Source: Tubulanus polymorphus (lineage: Eukaryota; Animalia; Nemertea). From it: DNA of 64,000 bases. The position numbers were made by a program, and so were the translations under genes. Position 1 is the stretch's first letter, and every line of letters starts with the position of its first letter. Shown in pieces: positions 23,538-63,244 of this stretch. Location of the stretch: contig NC_134025.1 in the NCBI RefSeq assembly GCF_964204645.1, positions 21,117,101 through 21,181,100 on the forward strand. The letters run 5' to 3'. The notes beneath the pieces were generated by a model. The model was given only the letters and a program-made list of their open reading frames with translations. It was not told the origin of the DNA and ran no database searches.

Positions 23538-26500
23538 CACTTCTACTCAGTGATTGGTATAGTTATGATTAGTAATTGACGTAAGAGAAAAATTCATTAA
23601 ATGTTAATTGAAATTTAAGAGATATTGAATGCAGAAGACTGAATAACTACTAGCAAAGCTGGCGGATCCTCCGTTCCCATTAGTGTAATCCTCAATCACC
23701 ACGGAAGCGTTGGAGGTTTCCCATCCATCGGTTGTTGCGTTAGCTGTTCTAACCCTTAATTTTACCCTAAAAAGAAGCTTCATATCATTGGTGGCACTTC
23801 GCAAAATCCGTGAGCACGTATTATTACACTATTTTGCTCCACAGTTGACGAGATTTGTGGGTCGTCATTTGAATATGATCATCTATTTTTGGACTCGTAC
23901 AAACCAGCCACAATTAAGAATTCTTCAGATTGTAAAATGTAATCAGTAGGTCTTCATATGATATCTAGATTTTTTCACGCTCCTGAATTGATACTACTTC
24001 GTCGTGTTGAAAAACATTTTCTTGTAAGGGAAAAAAACTATAAATATTTCAACTGAAAAAATATTTACTGACAACTCGGATAGATGGATGGATGTTAATA
24101 ATGATGATAATGATAATTTAATTTATATAGCGCCCTTTCCACTGTGCAACAATGTTCAACAGCGATGCTGATCTTAGTTAAACTTCATATGCAGCTTTGA
24201 ACAGATGTTGTCAACGCGATGATAAAACTGAATGGTATATTTCTGGCTGTTCTCTCCGCTGAAGAAATTCTGAACGAAGGCGGCCGCTTTTTTTTAATAG
24301 TCGGATGAGATTATATGACTAAAAGCTATCGGGGATGAGCTATAATGCTTTAGTCACCGTGTGTGTGTGCTGTTTGTATCGATCGATCGGTGTTTCGCTG
24401 TCTCCTCGCTTCGCTGTCTCCTCGCAGTCTACATTCAAGAGTCGTATGATAAGACTGTGTTATACTAGACTTATCCATGAAAGCCACCATACTTGCACTA
24501 CAATAATGGGTCCATACCTGTAACTGGCCGAATTTGGAACCGACTAGATCAGAGAATTTTATATCTAAATGATAGATTTATGGGTCCCTTGCTATTGTTT
24601 GTTTGAACGATTTTGATAACTGTACCCGGTAATTTATCGCTATATCTGGAAACATCAATCTATCTAACATTTACGTAACAATTAAAACAGCCATTCCACG
24701 AGCCATATGATATCTGAAAACTGAATTAATCAGCTTGATGACGCGTATATTACAATTGAATCATACTGCAAAGTATTACAAATGGACCTGGGACCAGTTT
24801 CTGTCCATGTGCACTGATTTAGTCTGTTCCAAAATCTGGAACACGCATAGATTTGGCCTTTAGGTCAGTCCAGATTGGACCGGTCTAAAATGGAACGGAC
24901 AATTTTGGAAGAGACTTTTTGCAAGTCCGTTCCATATTGGAACAAAATTTGAGCAAAATTAAGACCGGTCTAAATTTTGTAGTGTGAATGTAACTTATTT
25001 GAACCTTATTAGTTACCTGGACCTGGTTTCATCACATTTCAACCTCACCATTTAGTTATATTTGAGCTTGGATCTGTGGAACCGGGTTCAAATAAAAAAT
25101 CGGTTTCTAGAATGATTTGATATTAGTGGAAGCAACCCTCTTTTTGAAAGATTGTACAGTCAAAATAGTCGTATGGCTTTTTATTAATCTACTTTCCTAA
25201 GAGATTTCACTTGGAGTGTATATGCAGGCTGCATTAGTATTGAAATTATTTTTAGCGTTTGTCCTTCTACAGCAGGGTATAAACCTCTTAAGGGGTGAAC
25301 TAGATTCTCGAAGCTACTTGAAGAAACTTGACCTATCGATGAGTTGTTTGATTTATCTTTTTCTGCTTCCCAGACGACATTATCTAATTAATGAATATCT
25401 GACTGTTAATTTCATCTCGCGTATATCTGACTTGGTTGTTTTCTTCTATATAACTAGTCCCACATCGACGTACTGATAAAGAATTCATATTCTTCGCCGG
25501 GTTAGTTCACCGGTTAAACGAATCCCGACGGAATCAGTGGCGAGAAGTCCATTGCTCGCGCTCGATACATCGACACTGCGCTAAAACCTAATGTCTGCAT
25601 TCTTTCGTTATAGTTGCCATGGAAACTGGCTCGTAAATGTGTTTCTTGTTGTCGTAGGCTCTGTCGACTTGCTCTGTTTCCATTTACAGATGCGTCACAG
25701 CACTGAGTGATGTTTATGTAGTCAAAATCCAGCTTATGTGTCACTTGTTGCCTTTTTCTGACAGTGTGGCAACTCCCGTACTGTCCTTAGCGTGTATCTG
25801 CGCATATGATATGAGTGGGATTTTTTTGAACGGGACTTTTTGCTATTCATAGATCTGGGAGGCCAGGTTTATAGACTGGATATAAAGATACACAGGTTCT
25901 TCTGTTGTTGTATTGTCATGGCAAGTCATACAGGTCTAGAATTAGTGTCTGCAAGAATAAACTGCGACTCGAAACACGAAAAAATGTTTTACGGGCTCAT
26001 TTGGCTGCCTGTAAAACGGGTTTTCCGAGATAAATGACAAAACACTAGGTTTCGGGTTTTTGCTGAAAGTCTTTGTTTTGACTTTATGACTTGCTATATG
26101 CGCTAGCGTAGCCAATTTTGATTTTATAGTCAATATGGGCCCAGGGTTAGATCTTTAAACCAGCCTTAGCTATACGTCTAATGCTACTACCTTGAATTTC
26201 ATGTCAAAATGAGTTGAATCGCTCTCAATTTAAAGTTAGCCTCTAGAGACGATTTGGCCATACCCGGGTCAAATTTGGCCATTGTCTAATAAGAGAGCAG
26301 CGCGTTCACGTGTAATAAATCACACACTTGTTACTATGATGCTATTAAAAAGATGCTGTGATAGCGAAATGAGTCACTTCCAGAACAAATTACCATTCTC
26401 ACAGAATAATCTTACCCGTGATAGAATTGGCATAGGCATGGTTGGTACAACTTTTTTGGTTGGGCCAGATCTGCCCATGTCAAAAAGGCAAGAACCCGTA

Positions 26501-26740
26501 CGGCATAAGTGTGAATGGTTGGGTTGGCACAGGTCAAAAGCGCTGGTCTGGCGTCTGTTTATGGAAAGTGTTCCTGAGATTGATATCTTATGTTTACTTT
26601 GCCTTTATTTAGTGAAAAGCCATGTGTCACCAAATACAACATCAAAAAGAGGGTATAACTGAACTAGTTTGTTTTCATCGAATTGATAATTTTGACTTTC
26701 GTTTCGTTTTGGCAGGAAGAAAATCGAAGAAATCGGCAAG

Positions 26741-52006
<25,266 letters not shown>

Positions 52007-52712
52007 GTAAGTTGGGTATTCAGCATCGAACGCGAATTAGAATTCCTTTATTTAACAAACTTGTTGCTGACTACGAGATGTCCTGTATTTCTTGTTCTAC
52101 CAGTAATCCAATCTTTTTTTTTCGCCTGCTGATGATTCCATCGTTGTTATTGGAATGGCCTTGTTTCTTAATGGCTGGTAGTAGTCTCTAACAGGCCTGC
52201 TACTATCCATTTGACAACTATAGAGATAAGCCACGACCCTGTGGATCTAGCCCTAGTCATATATGGTTCGTGCCCAGTAAGAGAACGCGTTCACACGTAA
52301 ACCACTCACTTGATACTAAACAATGCTGAGACAAAGCCAGGTGAATCTCCGCCGGAACCAGTTACATTTCATATGTAATAATTTGATCTGTGCTGAAATT
52401 TGGCACTGGCCAACATACACAGGCCCATTTGGTACCCATGTGAGTGGTGGTTGGCGCAGGTCAAAAATGCTTGTGTGATCGCGGCTATACTCTCTTAGTA
52501 GCTTAGATAACTCTGCGCAGTGGTGAACCTTGGAGTAATCATTTCAAATGATTATACTAAGGTTAAACCACCGGTCTGGCACATGCTGACGTGATCATAT
52601 TACGCGCTAGATATGATATAGCCATTAGTCGTTTAGATGATTATCAACTGCAGTTAGCAAGAATCGTGGTGAACTGAGCGCTACACTGCGATAAGCAACT
52701 GACCACCAACAG

Positions 52713-52760
52713 TCACCATTATCTTCACTTGTAGGCGACCTGAGCACTCGCCACAACTAG
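52713..52760 (+). CDS. Klc: Candidate KLC terminal coding segment (SPLSSLVGDLSTRHN* from acceptor 52712, or AT* from acceptor 52734)
   Basis: LSSxxxDLS resembles KLC C-termini; two competing AGs, so the acceptor cannot be resolved by eye. Confidence 0.35.
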   Translation, partial: SPLSSLVGDLSTRHN

Positions 52761-55216
52761 TCGCTCCTAGTTCCATCACAGGGGCCAGAGCGACTTGATA
52801 GCCCATTAAGGGACTCTGAAGTTAGTCGATTTTTCGAGATCGTCGGCTTGTGATTGATCGTTGTCGAAATTAATTTCTCTTCGTCTTTCATTACAGGAGA
52901 GAAGGAAATCAATTGGTAATTTATTAATACATAATCGAGCAGGCAGTACGGAGCAACTGAATAAACCGTTATAACAGCTTCTAGTGTTTTAGGCTTTAAA
53001 TATTTCTCTATGATAAACAACTCACAGTTCCAGCTGGCAATGTTCTTCATTTCACGCACGTCTGCTTCGAATATCTCGTCCACGACGATGAGATCGATGG
53101 CGTCATTTTTAGCGCATCGTAACGGTACAATTTTCAACCAACGCTACCAGACGACGCGCGCGCTCTATTACTACCGATACAATTCGAATGCGAGGTTTGC
53201 TTCAAAAAGGAAAAAAAAAACATTTGTAAATACAAGGAAATGTTATACCGACCAACGCGTTGATTTCGAGTGTTCCTGTAAGTGACGCGAGTCGATTTAT
53301 GATTCCGGTATGTCTCGCGAATCGCGTTGAAATTGACGTGGCCGCTCAACGGATGAAACGAGAACGCTGTAATCGTCGTCATCGCGAGTATTTTGTAATT
53401 CACATTATATAAAATAGATGGGCAGGGTGTTTTACTCGTAGTACGTAACTAATAATCATATTATCAATCGTTATACCGAAAATTATAATCTACGTGTTGT
53501 ATGGAAATTGACTACTCCTAACCCATACGAATTTTCAATTTATAAAATATGCCGTACATTTACATAGTTTTAAGACCTTGAACGCTCGTAATGCTGTATA
53601 AAGGCTGATGAACTAGTATTTCGTGTCAATACGTCTTCTCTCGCCGGAAATGCCGACAATCCTAAAGTCCTGCTCAAACACAAGCATCGAAACGTCGAGC
53701 TGTTTTTCGAAATTATTGTTAATTGATGCGGAGAGAGCATAGTTATGTGATTGAAACTCCTAACCTTAAGATTACATAGCTCGGGAGTCAGGTTTGTTCG
53801 TCGACAAACGATCTTAATGGTGGGAACTAATGGCTTTCGCTAGACAATGACTGATTATTGGCTATGCCGAGTCTTCCGACTTGAGATCGAGATAAGGTTT
53901 GCGCAAGCAGAACAAAATCTGTAGTGCTGAGAATCAAATTCAGTTTATACCGACTATGCTTGACGTTAGATGTAAGTGATTGAGAAGGCGTCTTTTCTGA
54001 CCTAGTTACGTCATTCATCAGCGTTTTGGCTGGTACAAACAAAATATCATCGATGATGAAAAACGAAAATCTCTACGAATGAACTATGGCTTTGTTTTTA
54101 CCGACTCGTTTGTAAAAAGGCTGCTGAACTCCGACGAAACGAAAACTGACTAGAAATAATATTGTAAATGTAAACTAGTAATTTATTTATTGTGTATCAT
54201 CTCTCTTGATGGAGAGAGAGGTATACGTTAACGTGTATATAGTGTACAGTAATGAATTTCTTCGATGGTTTCACACGCACGTTCACACCGGGGTTGAGCT
54301 GTCTTGTCGATGAGGTTTTCAGCAATTTGCGTATTGATACGAAGCATATTCACAATATACATATCCATATTATCGACGATATCAAATAATGTTGTGCTCT
54401 GTTTAAGATGATAGACAGTCAAACCTGCGTAATCCGGATCAGGATAAATCTGGATATTATTCGTGGCCCATTTATACAAATCTAGGGTCTGACAGATTTA
54501 GTCAGGGGTGCACCCCCCAAAAAGGGGGTATATCCATTGTTTACAAGGGTACTCCGGTAGAAAGGGGAAACATTAATTCATTTTTGAAAATACAAGCTTA
54601 TGAATTAAGACTTTTTTTTAGGTTTTTCAGTTAAATATTATTTGTATCCCCGTAAATTTTCAGGGCAACTTGGCACCCTTGGAGCCACGCCTGGGTCCCG
54701 ATCGATCCGGATTTCAGTGGGTTTGTCTGGAATAAATGATATGCATATTATGTCCATATTCTATTTGCTTGCTGTTCATGTTACCATCAGGCTATACACA
54801 CGTGGGAAAAGAAGTACACCTGTGACTGTAAAAAACGAGCTTAAAATTTCCAGCACAAATTTCATAATGTGATAGTGTATGACATTTTATCGTTGGGTAT
54901 ACGCACGTTACGGTAGACTCCGCCTTATTCGGTAAATCTGGACCGTGGACAAACGCCTTTTAAAGATTTCCGATATCGAACGATATTCATCCTGGATCGA
55001 TAAGTTTGTTAGAACGATACCGAATTCGGAGTAGTTTGCCGCGGTTTCGAGATGCTGCGAACATTGAAAGACGATTCGAAAGGCAAATCGCAGCAGTCAA
55101 GTTTTCAAACTAAGATTAACTGTAATTTCTTGGTTGTTTATGAGACCCTCGTCCGTATGAAAAAGATAGGCGCGGCGTTCAGAGGTATTTTCGAATGTTA
55201 GCCCCTAGAAACTGTT

Positions 55217-55378
55217 ACAGTAGACTCCGCTCAAGTCGGATCCGATCAACTCGGATGTTTGTTGAAATATTTTTTGTGATTTAGATGAAATCGGATATTT
55301 CTCAGATGGGATGCAATTTTACGGCCCCAAAAGGTCCGTCCTTAGTGCAGAGGACTGAGAGGAGAGAGAGCGACTGTA
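55217..55378. mobile_element. TA-flanked Tc1/mariner-pogo type MITE (related at about 34088-34267 and 54908)
   Basis: ta-CAGTAGACTCCGCTC...GAGCGACTG-ta termini. Confidence 0.6.
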
Positions 55379-57962
55379 TTACATTTCAGTTCAGTAGAAG
55401 CCTTGGCTATCTTGATATATGGCGGGGGTCTCTTATTAAAAGTTGTCGTCGAATGTACAGGGATCATTGTCCATTGTTTTGTTCAACCTTGCGCGAGAAA
55501 CTCGAAAGACGTATTTTATATCGATGTACGTATTTATCTAGTTGGAACTGTGAGCTGTTTCTCAATACTACTTGTGTCCATTAAGCTTTGTGTGATAATC
55601 TATATAATATTTACTGAGAGAGAGAGAGAGGGAAAGAGATGTGATTATGTTTGTGCTCTGTACATAATCATTCCATTCGATGCTTCATTACTGTGTAGTT
55701 TATAACCGAGACGATTGTTTTGTTTCTAATGCTGATGACTGAAATTGTTCTTCGATTGTTTTACGTTATACAACTTGATATCGACTCGTAAGAATGAGTT
55801 TTGCAACATTCTTGAAACGTATTAGAAATGTTACAGTTAGTTGCAAATATGATTGCACTGTCCTAGTGATATGCGTTAACTGATTGATCTAGGTATTATA
55901 TTATGCTCATGCTAAAACTAACAGAGAACTTTGACAACATCCTTAAATCGATACGTCAGTCCTCAAAAGTACGCAAAATGTAATATGTTTTTATCTTATT
56001 TGGTCCGACCTGTTGGACGTAGGCTTGCTAGATGGAAGGTCTTTATAATCGAATTTGGAAAATCGAATGAACACGAAAGTGCACTAGGTCTGCGTTTGAA
56101 CGGGGAAAATGATCTTCCTTGGATCATCCGGCTTGTAGTTAGTCATCGTGTTTATTTCTCGTGTGGCTGGTTTAAAGGAACGTACCTTATTACGTAACAT
56201 AATATATAATTGTACAGCATTTTAGGCTCGATTTCGTCACGTCTTACTACCTAGGTCTAAGGCGCCGCTATTAAAAAGTAGAGACCTTGTAGATTTGAAT
56301 ATCTTCCGGTGAAGCCTGGAAAGCGAGCGTGCATAGACGATTAGTTTATCGGATTCGAAGATTGATCGTGCATATATTGAATTTGCCGGCATGTTGGCGT
56401 TATCTTGTGTAGTGAATGGAAGCTAGAATAGTATAGAGTATAAATGACATTAACGAAGCATGGAGTAAATAAGGGTGCATTATATGTATTGAATATATGA
56501 ATAAATTGGTATGCTACTAGTGTTTTTTCTCTGTATAAAAAAAATTGAAGAAAGATGAATTTTGTACATATAGAATATATGTTGTAGATTGGTGAAAGCT
56601 CGCAATGATTTATAAAAAATTACGCAATTTGTAAACGCGTCGAATTTCGCTTCTCTTCGCGATCAGATGTATACCGTCGTCGTCATCGGACTTTTATCGA
56701 AATCCTGCCTTGTAATTCGTTCGAACCTGATAGCATCGAGACTGAGCATCGTGATCGCGGCAAAATGTGTAGAACGCATACGACCGTCTCCATGCAATCA
56801 GGTTCGAATCCCTGCAAAGGCGAGTTGTTTTTGCGTCGGTGCACTGGTGAATGCCGTGTGATGATGTATTGTAATAGTAGCTTCTATCTCAACGTGCTGA
56901 AGTCGAAACAGACATATAAATATTTTATGAAGCATTATTTCGTTGATTCCTGTTTTGTTTACGAAAAAGAAAAGAAAATAATCTCTACCGCTGTATCCAC
57001 TTTGCAATATTCCACGACCTACACTCTGGCATTCGTTATTTTTTTCCGACGGCATCTTTAGTGAATCTCAATGTGAAAGTAGTTGCTAAATACGTGTGTC
57101 CGGTATATCTTGTGTGACAGGCGACGACAATTACTGTCAGACGACAACGGTATTACGCGCTGTTGTTAGTATTGATCTGAGTCGCCTGTTCGAATTTTAC
57201 ATGTACCGAACCGTTCGCATCTACACATATAGACAACATATTCATGTGCTAAGTTGAATTTGAAAAATTAGAAACTCGTAGAGATTTGCGCCACATTGTC
57301 CGCTTCTAATTAATGAAATAATGACGATAATAATCACTCTGTCCAGTTCTTTCTTTCCCGGATAGATTATCGCTAATCCAGGACTAGTGGGGACTTTCGT
57401 TAGTTTGTTTCTGTGATAACCGAGTTGTTTTTCGCCTTGATTTAACCGTAATATTATTCAAAAAAACTTTACGAATTGATGTCTTGTTTTAAAGATACTA
57501 CTCCTATTTGACCTTTGATCCGAGTTCTTCTACTTCCTCTTGCTAAAATCGGGGAGAATATCGCGCGGCAAGGAGTGCTCCGCGATCTGTTCAGGATTTA
57601 GAACGAACTCGTTTTCGAGTGTCGAATAGAATTCGCGTTGGTGGAAGTTTTCTTGTCTTTTAAGAATTGTGGTACCCATGGACCAACTATATTATATGTA
57701 TATACTTCAGCATACCCGACCATACAGCGATTAAACTTCCATCAATTTCGTATTAGCTCATTGATTTCAACACACAGTCTCCGCATTCAACATTTTATCA
57801 AAGACGTCACTTATATGTAATACATGTTAATTGAGTACCATTAAAGTACTCTCGATAATGTTACGTCGGGTCGGTGCGAACTGTGTGTGTGCGTGTCTCT
57901 GGAAAGTGGCGTCTCTACTACCTTTTCGTATTTCTGAATTCTGTATTGCTAATTGTGGTCAA

Positions 57963-58035
57963 AATAAAAACTCGATAGCTAAATTATAATAATAAGCCGT
58001 CGTAGTCTTAGTCGATAGTTGGTGTTGCTTTTTTC
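57963..58035 (+). terminator. Probable KLC polyadenylation signal
   Basis: AATAAA at 57963-57968 followed by the GU/U-rich gttggtgttgctttttt about 50 nt later; would imply a 3'UTR of about 5 kb. Confidence 0.45.
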
Positions 58036-60376
58036 TCTCCAAACCTCAATAAGTTCAAGAGCATTGATCTTCAGGTTTTAACAATCTACTATTAAGATGA
58101 TGGCCGAATCAACAGTCTGAAGCGATGGACTTTTTGAAATCGTTAGGATTTTCTTTTCCGTGCGGGATTTCTGTTGGTTTATCACTATTCAACATCCTCA
58201 TTACTCGTGAGCGGTGACAGTCATCGCCTGCTACGCGCTGATTGGTGCTTGCCGGTAGCGGCCGCTGCAGAAAAATCTCGTCGAGGAAAGCTCACAATCC
58301 ACATTGATGGAGGTGATTCGAGCATGCTGTCCCGAGTGTCCACCGGCTATATGCTGACGCTGTTTATTTTTGCAAGATATATTTTGCAAAGCCAAAGTAC
58401 CATTTATATCGGTGATATCTTCGCGACCAGCTTCGGTTCGTTTATTAACAACTCCATAATAGGTAAGCTTTCTATTTATTCTATACGTCCTAATGATAAT
58501 ACGACTAGCTGCGGTTTCTGTTGACTGTAAATGAACAGCGTGGTTCGCTATTGAAAATATGTTCAACGGTTTTGCTCTTGAAAATATGTTCAACGGTTTG
58601 CTCTTGACTTTTCAATGGAAGATTTAGTGGGTTTTGAAATTATGCGGCGCTGTCGCGGTTTTGCTTCCCGAGTACACTTACATTTACGTCTATTCGCCCA
58701 AACAACTACTTTTGTCGTTCTGACGGTATCAAAATATAATAAAACGTTATATATTTCCAACCGTATTGAAAAGCAAATTTTTGGTACTGCTTGAATCACG
58801 GCCCGCCGCGGCCTCAGCGCGCGCCATTTTGGGAGCCGCATGTCGATACGTTTGGGCTTATTGCTGTTTTTGCGCCTTTTTGGTACGAATATCTTGAAGA
58901 ATAACTTCAGCGCATTTGCGATCCTCTACAGCTCAGACTCACTAATCCCATTTCGATACAGTGGTGTTTCACCCTGCTGAAATCCATTTCAAAGTTCTAA
59001 TTAATTTTCTGATATACGTCTCAATGGCTAATTTTGACTTTTTTCATGATTTAATTTCGTTCATCAAACCTCTCAATTTTGACAATGCAGTTTCATTTGA
59101 AATGAAATTTTCAAGGCAGTTTTCTCTCAGCGTCTGTCTTCTTTTGATTTTCTTTTTCGCGATCTCGGCATCGCATTGACAGATTTTGCTCCATGCAAAA
59201 ATGAGATAATTCTAATTCGCGTTTAAAACAACTAACAACTATTGAGTATTTTTCATTATTTTACATTCATTACAATTAAGTTTGATTGCAAATTGGGATA
59301 GGCCGGTAGTTTAGACGCGTGGCCGCGGTCGGGCCCATGTTTTAGACGGTACTTGCTTTGAACAAAGGCGCGCAGTCGTTTTGCTAAATCTAAAATCCAG
59401 TAAATATGGAATATTGGGGCTTTTGCAGGGGATTCGCTTATCAGCATGCACCCGGAATTACAACTTACTTTGTAATGTATATTGTTCTCAAGCGATTGAA
59501 GAGGTCGCCATTAATTTGACTAATGCGCTTTACAATAAATCCGTTCGGGGTATTGTGCATATGTCAAATATACAAAGTGCGTACCGGTACAGGTTAACAG
59601 TAACCAATGATCTTTATACCGACAGGATATGGTCTAATGGACGCCTGGTAACTTCTCATTACCCATTACTCACATTGCGCTATATAAATTCTATATCTAC
59701 CATTAGTAAATGTTCAATCATGATAATCAGCGTAATACTAAAGTCGTCGCATTGAATTAATTATTCATAACTTTCGAAGAGAAAGTTCGTTATCTTTCAA
59801 AACAATTCTCTCGATAAATTCAAACATTTTAGGAACTGTGCGCAGGAATGCCCCGTTTGAAATTACATTTAAGATTCGATGATATATTGCCAACTTTTCA
59901 TTTTGTGGCAATTCCATTACATCGTGTCGATCGGTAAACGTACTGCTTTTTCTCCACCTGCTTTGCAGCCTCCAATAATTATACCGTACATTATGGCAAC
60001 AGCTCCCAACCAGAAAACGATGCAATATCAGGCGTCACGTGTCCAGATGACGGGACGGTTATTGCGTGTCGTTGTAACAGAACTTGTGATGGCGCTCGGA
60101 TAGACAGATATCGACGTAGATGCGATGCGTATAATGGACGTGTTGGTGAGACAGTCCGGGTGAGTTTTTGACATAATCTGGCAGACGAAATGTCTGTGTA
60201 TTATCATTCATTATACTAAATATGGATTACAACTAGCCCTGATCGTTGGATCTAACCTCCGAACGATTATCTCAGAAATTGCTCGTATACCTTGGAGAAG
60301 TCAAATGATTACTCCAAGATCTAACTTGCCGTAGGCTAGGCGATCAGAGAAACATTATTTCTGAGCTATACATATA

Positions 60377-60937
60377 CAGTGTGTCTCAAAGAAATATCCC
60401 TATTTTCATCTGGAAGAATTGGTTATGATTTGGATCTGACTAAACAATAATATGTATACGAATCTAAAGCACAAGCGTTGGAGTTTTTTGTTTCCATAAT
60501 CATTTCTTAACTATTCACAATCATGCATGGGGATCAAACCCGTTCCTGTTTAAACCACGTTCAGTTTAGGCTCCATGTTGTCCTAGTACAGCCTGCATAA
60601 CGGACAGCCATGTTTTCATCATGGAATCACTTCGGGGATTGTTTCTGGCGAAATGCTCTGCTTTTCCCTGCGGATATGGTTTTTCAGTTGGTCAAGTGTT
60701 CACGGCTTGGGGTTCCATAGATTCTGTCTTTCAGGTAACCCAACAAGAAGAAGTCTCTGGGGACGTGAGGTCGGGTGAATAAATGGGCTACTCCACATCC
60801 TCATAACGAGATTACCCGAGTTTGAAAATGTTCACACAGAAAACACAAACAAAACAACAATAATGGGTATTACGTACACCAAACTCCCACGTCTCTGAAA
60901 CAAGAAAAAAGAATAGGGACATTTTTGGCACACCCTC
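60377..60937 (-). mobile_element. Internally deleted Tc1/mariner-superfamily transposon
   Basis: TA-flanked TIRs (CAGTGTGTCTCAAAGAAATATCCCTATT / AATAGGGACATTTTTGGCACACCCTC); minus-strand remnant YSPDLT..DFFLLGYLKDRIY of the DDE C-terminus with stop and frameshifts. Confidence 0.85.
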
Positions 60938-61156
60938 TATATGTTTTACATTTTTTTTCTACTGCCAACAGGCTGTTGTCAGGTGCTCCAAGCTCCCGGC
61001 AGAAATTATCGAAACGGGCTTCGTCATAAATCCGCCATCAGTACGATGTGTAACTCCAACTTATAAAATCGTTTCTTGCAATGCTCACTCCAAGTAAGTC
61101 AAATACGTGTATCTTCATTAAGTTTGTAAATTATTAATTCATAGCCCTTCAATACA

Positions 61157-61460
61157 GGTCTTCATACATATGCCAGTCTTTTCTACATTTTGCCCCTTCG
61201 TCTATAAAACAGTGGACGAATATTCGGCGTCTGGTCTTCATACATATGCCAGTCTTTTCTACATTTTGCCCCTTCGTCTATAAAACAGTGGACGAATATT
61301 CGGCGTCTGGTCTTCATACATATGCCAGTCTTTTCTACATTTTGCCCCTTCGTCTATAAAACAGTGGACGAATATTCGGCGTCTGGTCTTCATACATATG
61401 CCAGTCGTTTCTACAATTTGCCCCTTTGTCTATAAAACAGTGGACGAATATTCGGCGTCT
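61157..61460. repeat. Tandem repeat, 4 x 76 bp
   Basis: Unit ggtcttcatacatatgccag...cggcgtct starts at 61157, 61233, 61309 and 61385; the first three copies look identical. Confidence 0.95.
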
Positions 61461-63244
61461 ATGAAAATATGTTAGGACACCGAGTTTCGATGTTTGTTAT
61501 GTGCCAGATCCACCAAAAAGATGCCCTATCCTTATGCTATCAGCCTTCATTGCTTGGCACAAAAAATCCCACCGAATGCGGAGTTCTGATACAAAGATAA
61601 AACTATTCGCGATGTAACAAAGATTTATTGAAGGTAATGATGTTGTTGTCGACGTTATTTTCCAGCTACGGAGTGATATCGAATGCCACTCTGATGATTT
61701 CCGATCAAGGCGTAATGTGTTCTATAACCGATTGCAAAAACGCTTGTAAACTACAGGCTACATGCGTACCGGTACAAGGAATACCACCAGGTAAACGATA
61801 ATCGGTAATTTAGAAAATATTCCACTTCAAATCAACGACAATACGTATGTGTCCATCCATTCCACGGTTTTCAAAAACGATGGAATAATCATCGTATAAG
61901 TTTTTAGATTCGTTTTTGTGATATTTCAAATAAGTAAGTAATTCAGCGATGGACGTCTGCAAGATCCGGGCGTAAGTGGAGAGAATTTGCCTGCCTGTAA
62001 AATACGAACTTTGATACGTATATTCTAACTTGTTGAAATACATTCGTATCTAATCGTTTCAAGTGATCGACAAACGTAAGTATAGAGATTAGCAACAAGT
62101 CACAGTTGACTGGTGAAATGAAATACCTCGTTAGGAGTATGGCAGCCTTTGTATTAGGGCCGTTTCCCGGGGGCTGTATTCAAAGTTCAGTTATCAATGG
62201 TTAAAAGCGACATCATTTGGTCCCTTTTTGCTCTAAATATATATACAACATCATAAGTATATGTGACTCAAATAATGGTGGTTTACCGAGGTTTAATGAA
62301 ATTAGTTAGGTACCGGTATACATTTACGACTTGGCCTGGGTGATCGGTTGTGACTTCGCGTATAATAATGGGGAACCCGAAACACCAACTATCCCACCAG
62401 ATGGCGTGACGAGCAATCGGTCTTACGTTGTCAAGATTACTTCATTTTCAATGAATTTTGAACTGAATTTCTAGACTACCAATTTCATATGCCACCACAG
62501 GACCTGCCAAATATACAATACATTCATTCTTACTCAGATATCGGCATTCAGTTTTGATTGAAATTTAGAAGCTATCGAACGCGGAAGACCGATTAGCCAC
62601 AAGCGAACCTGGTGGATCCTCGCCTGCCATACGTGGAGTCCTCGATTGCCACAGTAACGGTGCGTAATTAAGCTCCGCATTAAGCTCCACATTCAAATAC
62701 ACGCTGTTAAGATAACGACTGTATGACATATCCCTTCAGTCAGCGTAGCGAATTAAAAATAAAAAATATTCTTGAGAATTCCGCTGTATATTCATTTATT
62801 CGTCAATCACAATACTTCAATATCCATCTATACATATTTACACTCACTTTTTTTTATCCTTGAGGAAAAAAAATGTTCTGGTGATCTCAAATATATTCTC
62901 ACCAAAAAAACGCATAACACAGAGCGGACAAGAGGAGCTGGAAATCGTAGAATACGTAATCAATAAAAAAATTATGACACTGATAATAGGTCAGAGAAGA
63001 AGCTTCTTCTGCAGTAAAATAATCACACGTATAACAAACAATAAGTTTTATTTCTCTCATGAATACGGTTGAATGCGAGGCCACGTCCGAATCTCAATAT
63101 ACATTATTTACTTTTAATTCAAGGCTCTTTCAACCATTTTATCACCTGTTCATTCGGGGTACAATCATTGTAACATAACGCTGGCTCCGTACATATCGAT
63201 TTTTTAAGTGTCAGTCGGGAATATAGTAATATAACAAACATCAT

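Noticed and set aside
53010-60103. Numerous 60-125 aa ORFs in the ORF track
   Set aside because: Many begin at TTG/GTG, lack homology signals, and lie in the inferred KLC 3'UTR or intergenic DNA.
61157-61460. Possible CRISPR-like array
   Set aside because: Contiguous 76-bp units with no unique spacers, in eukaryotic DNA; an ordinary tandem repeat.
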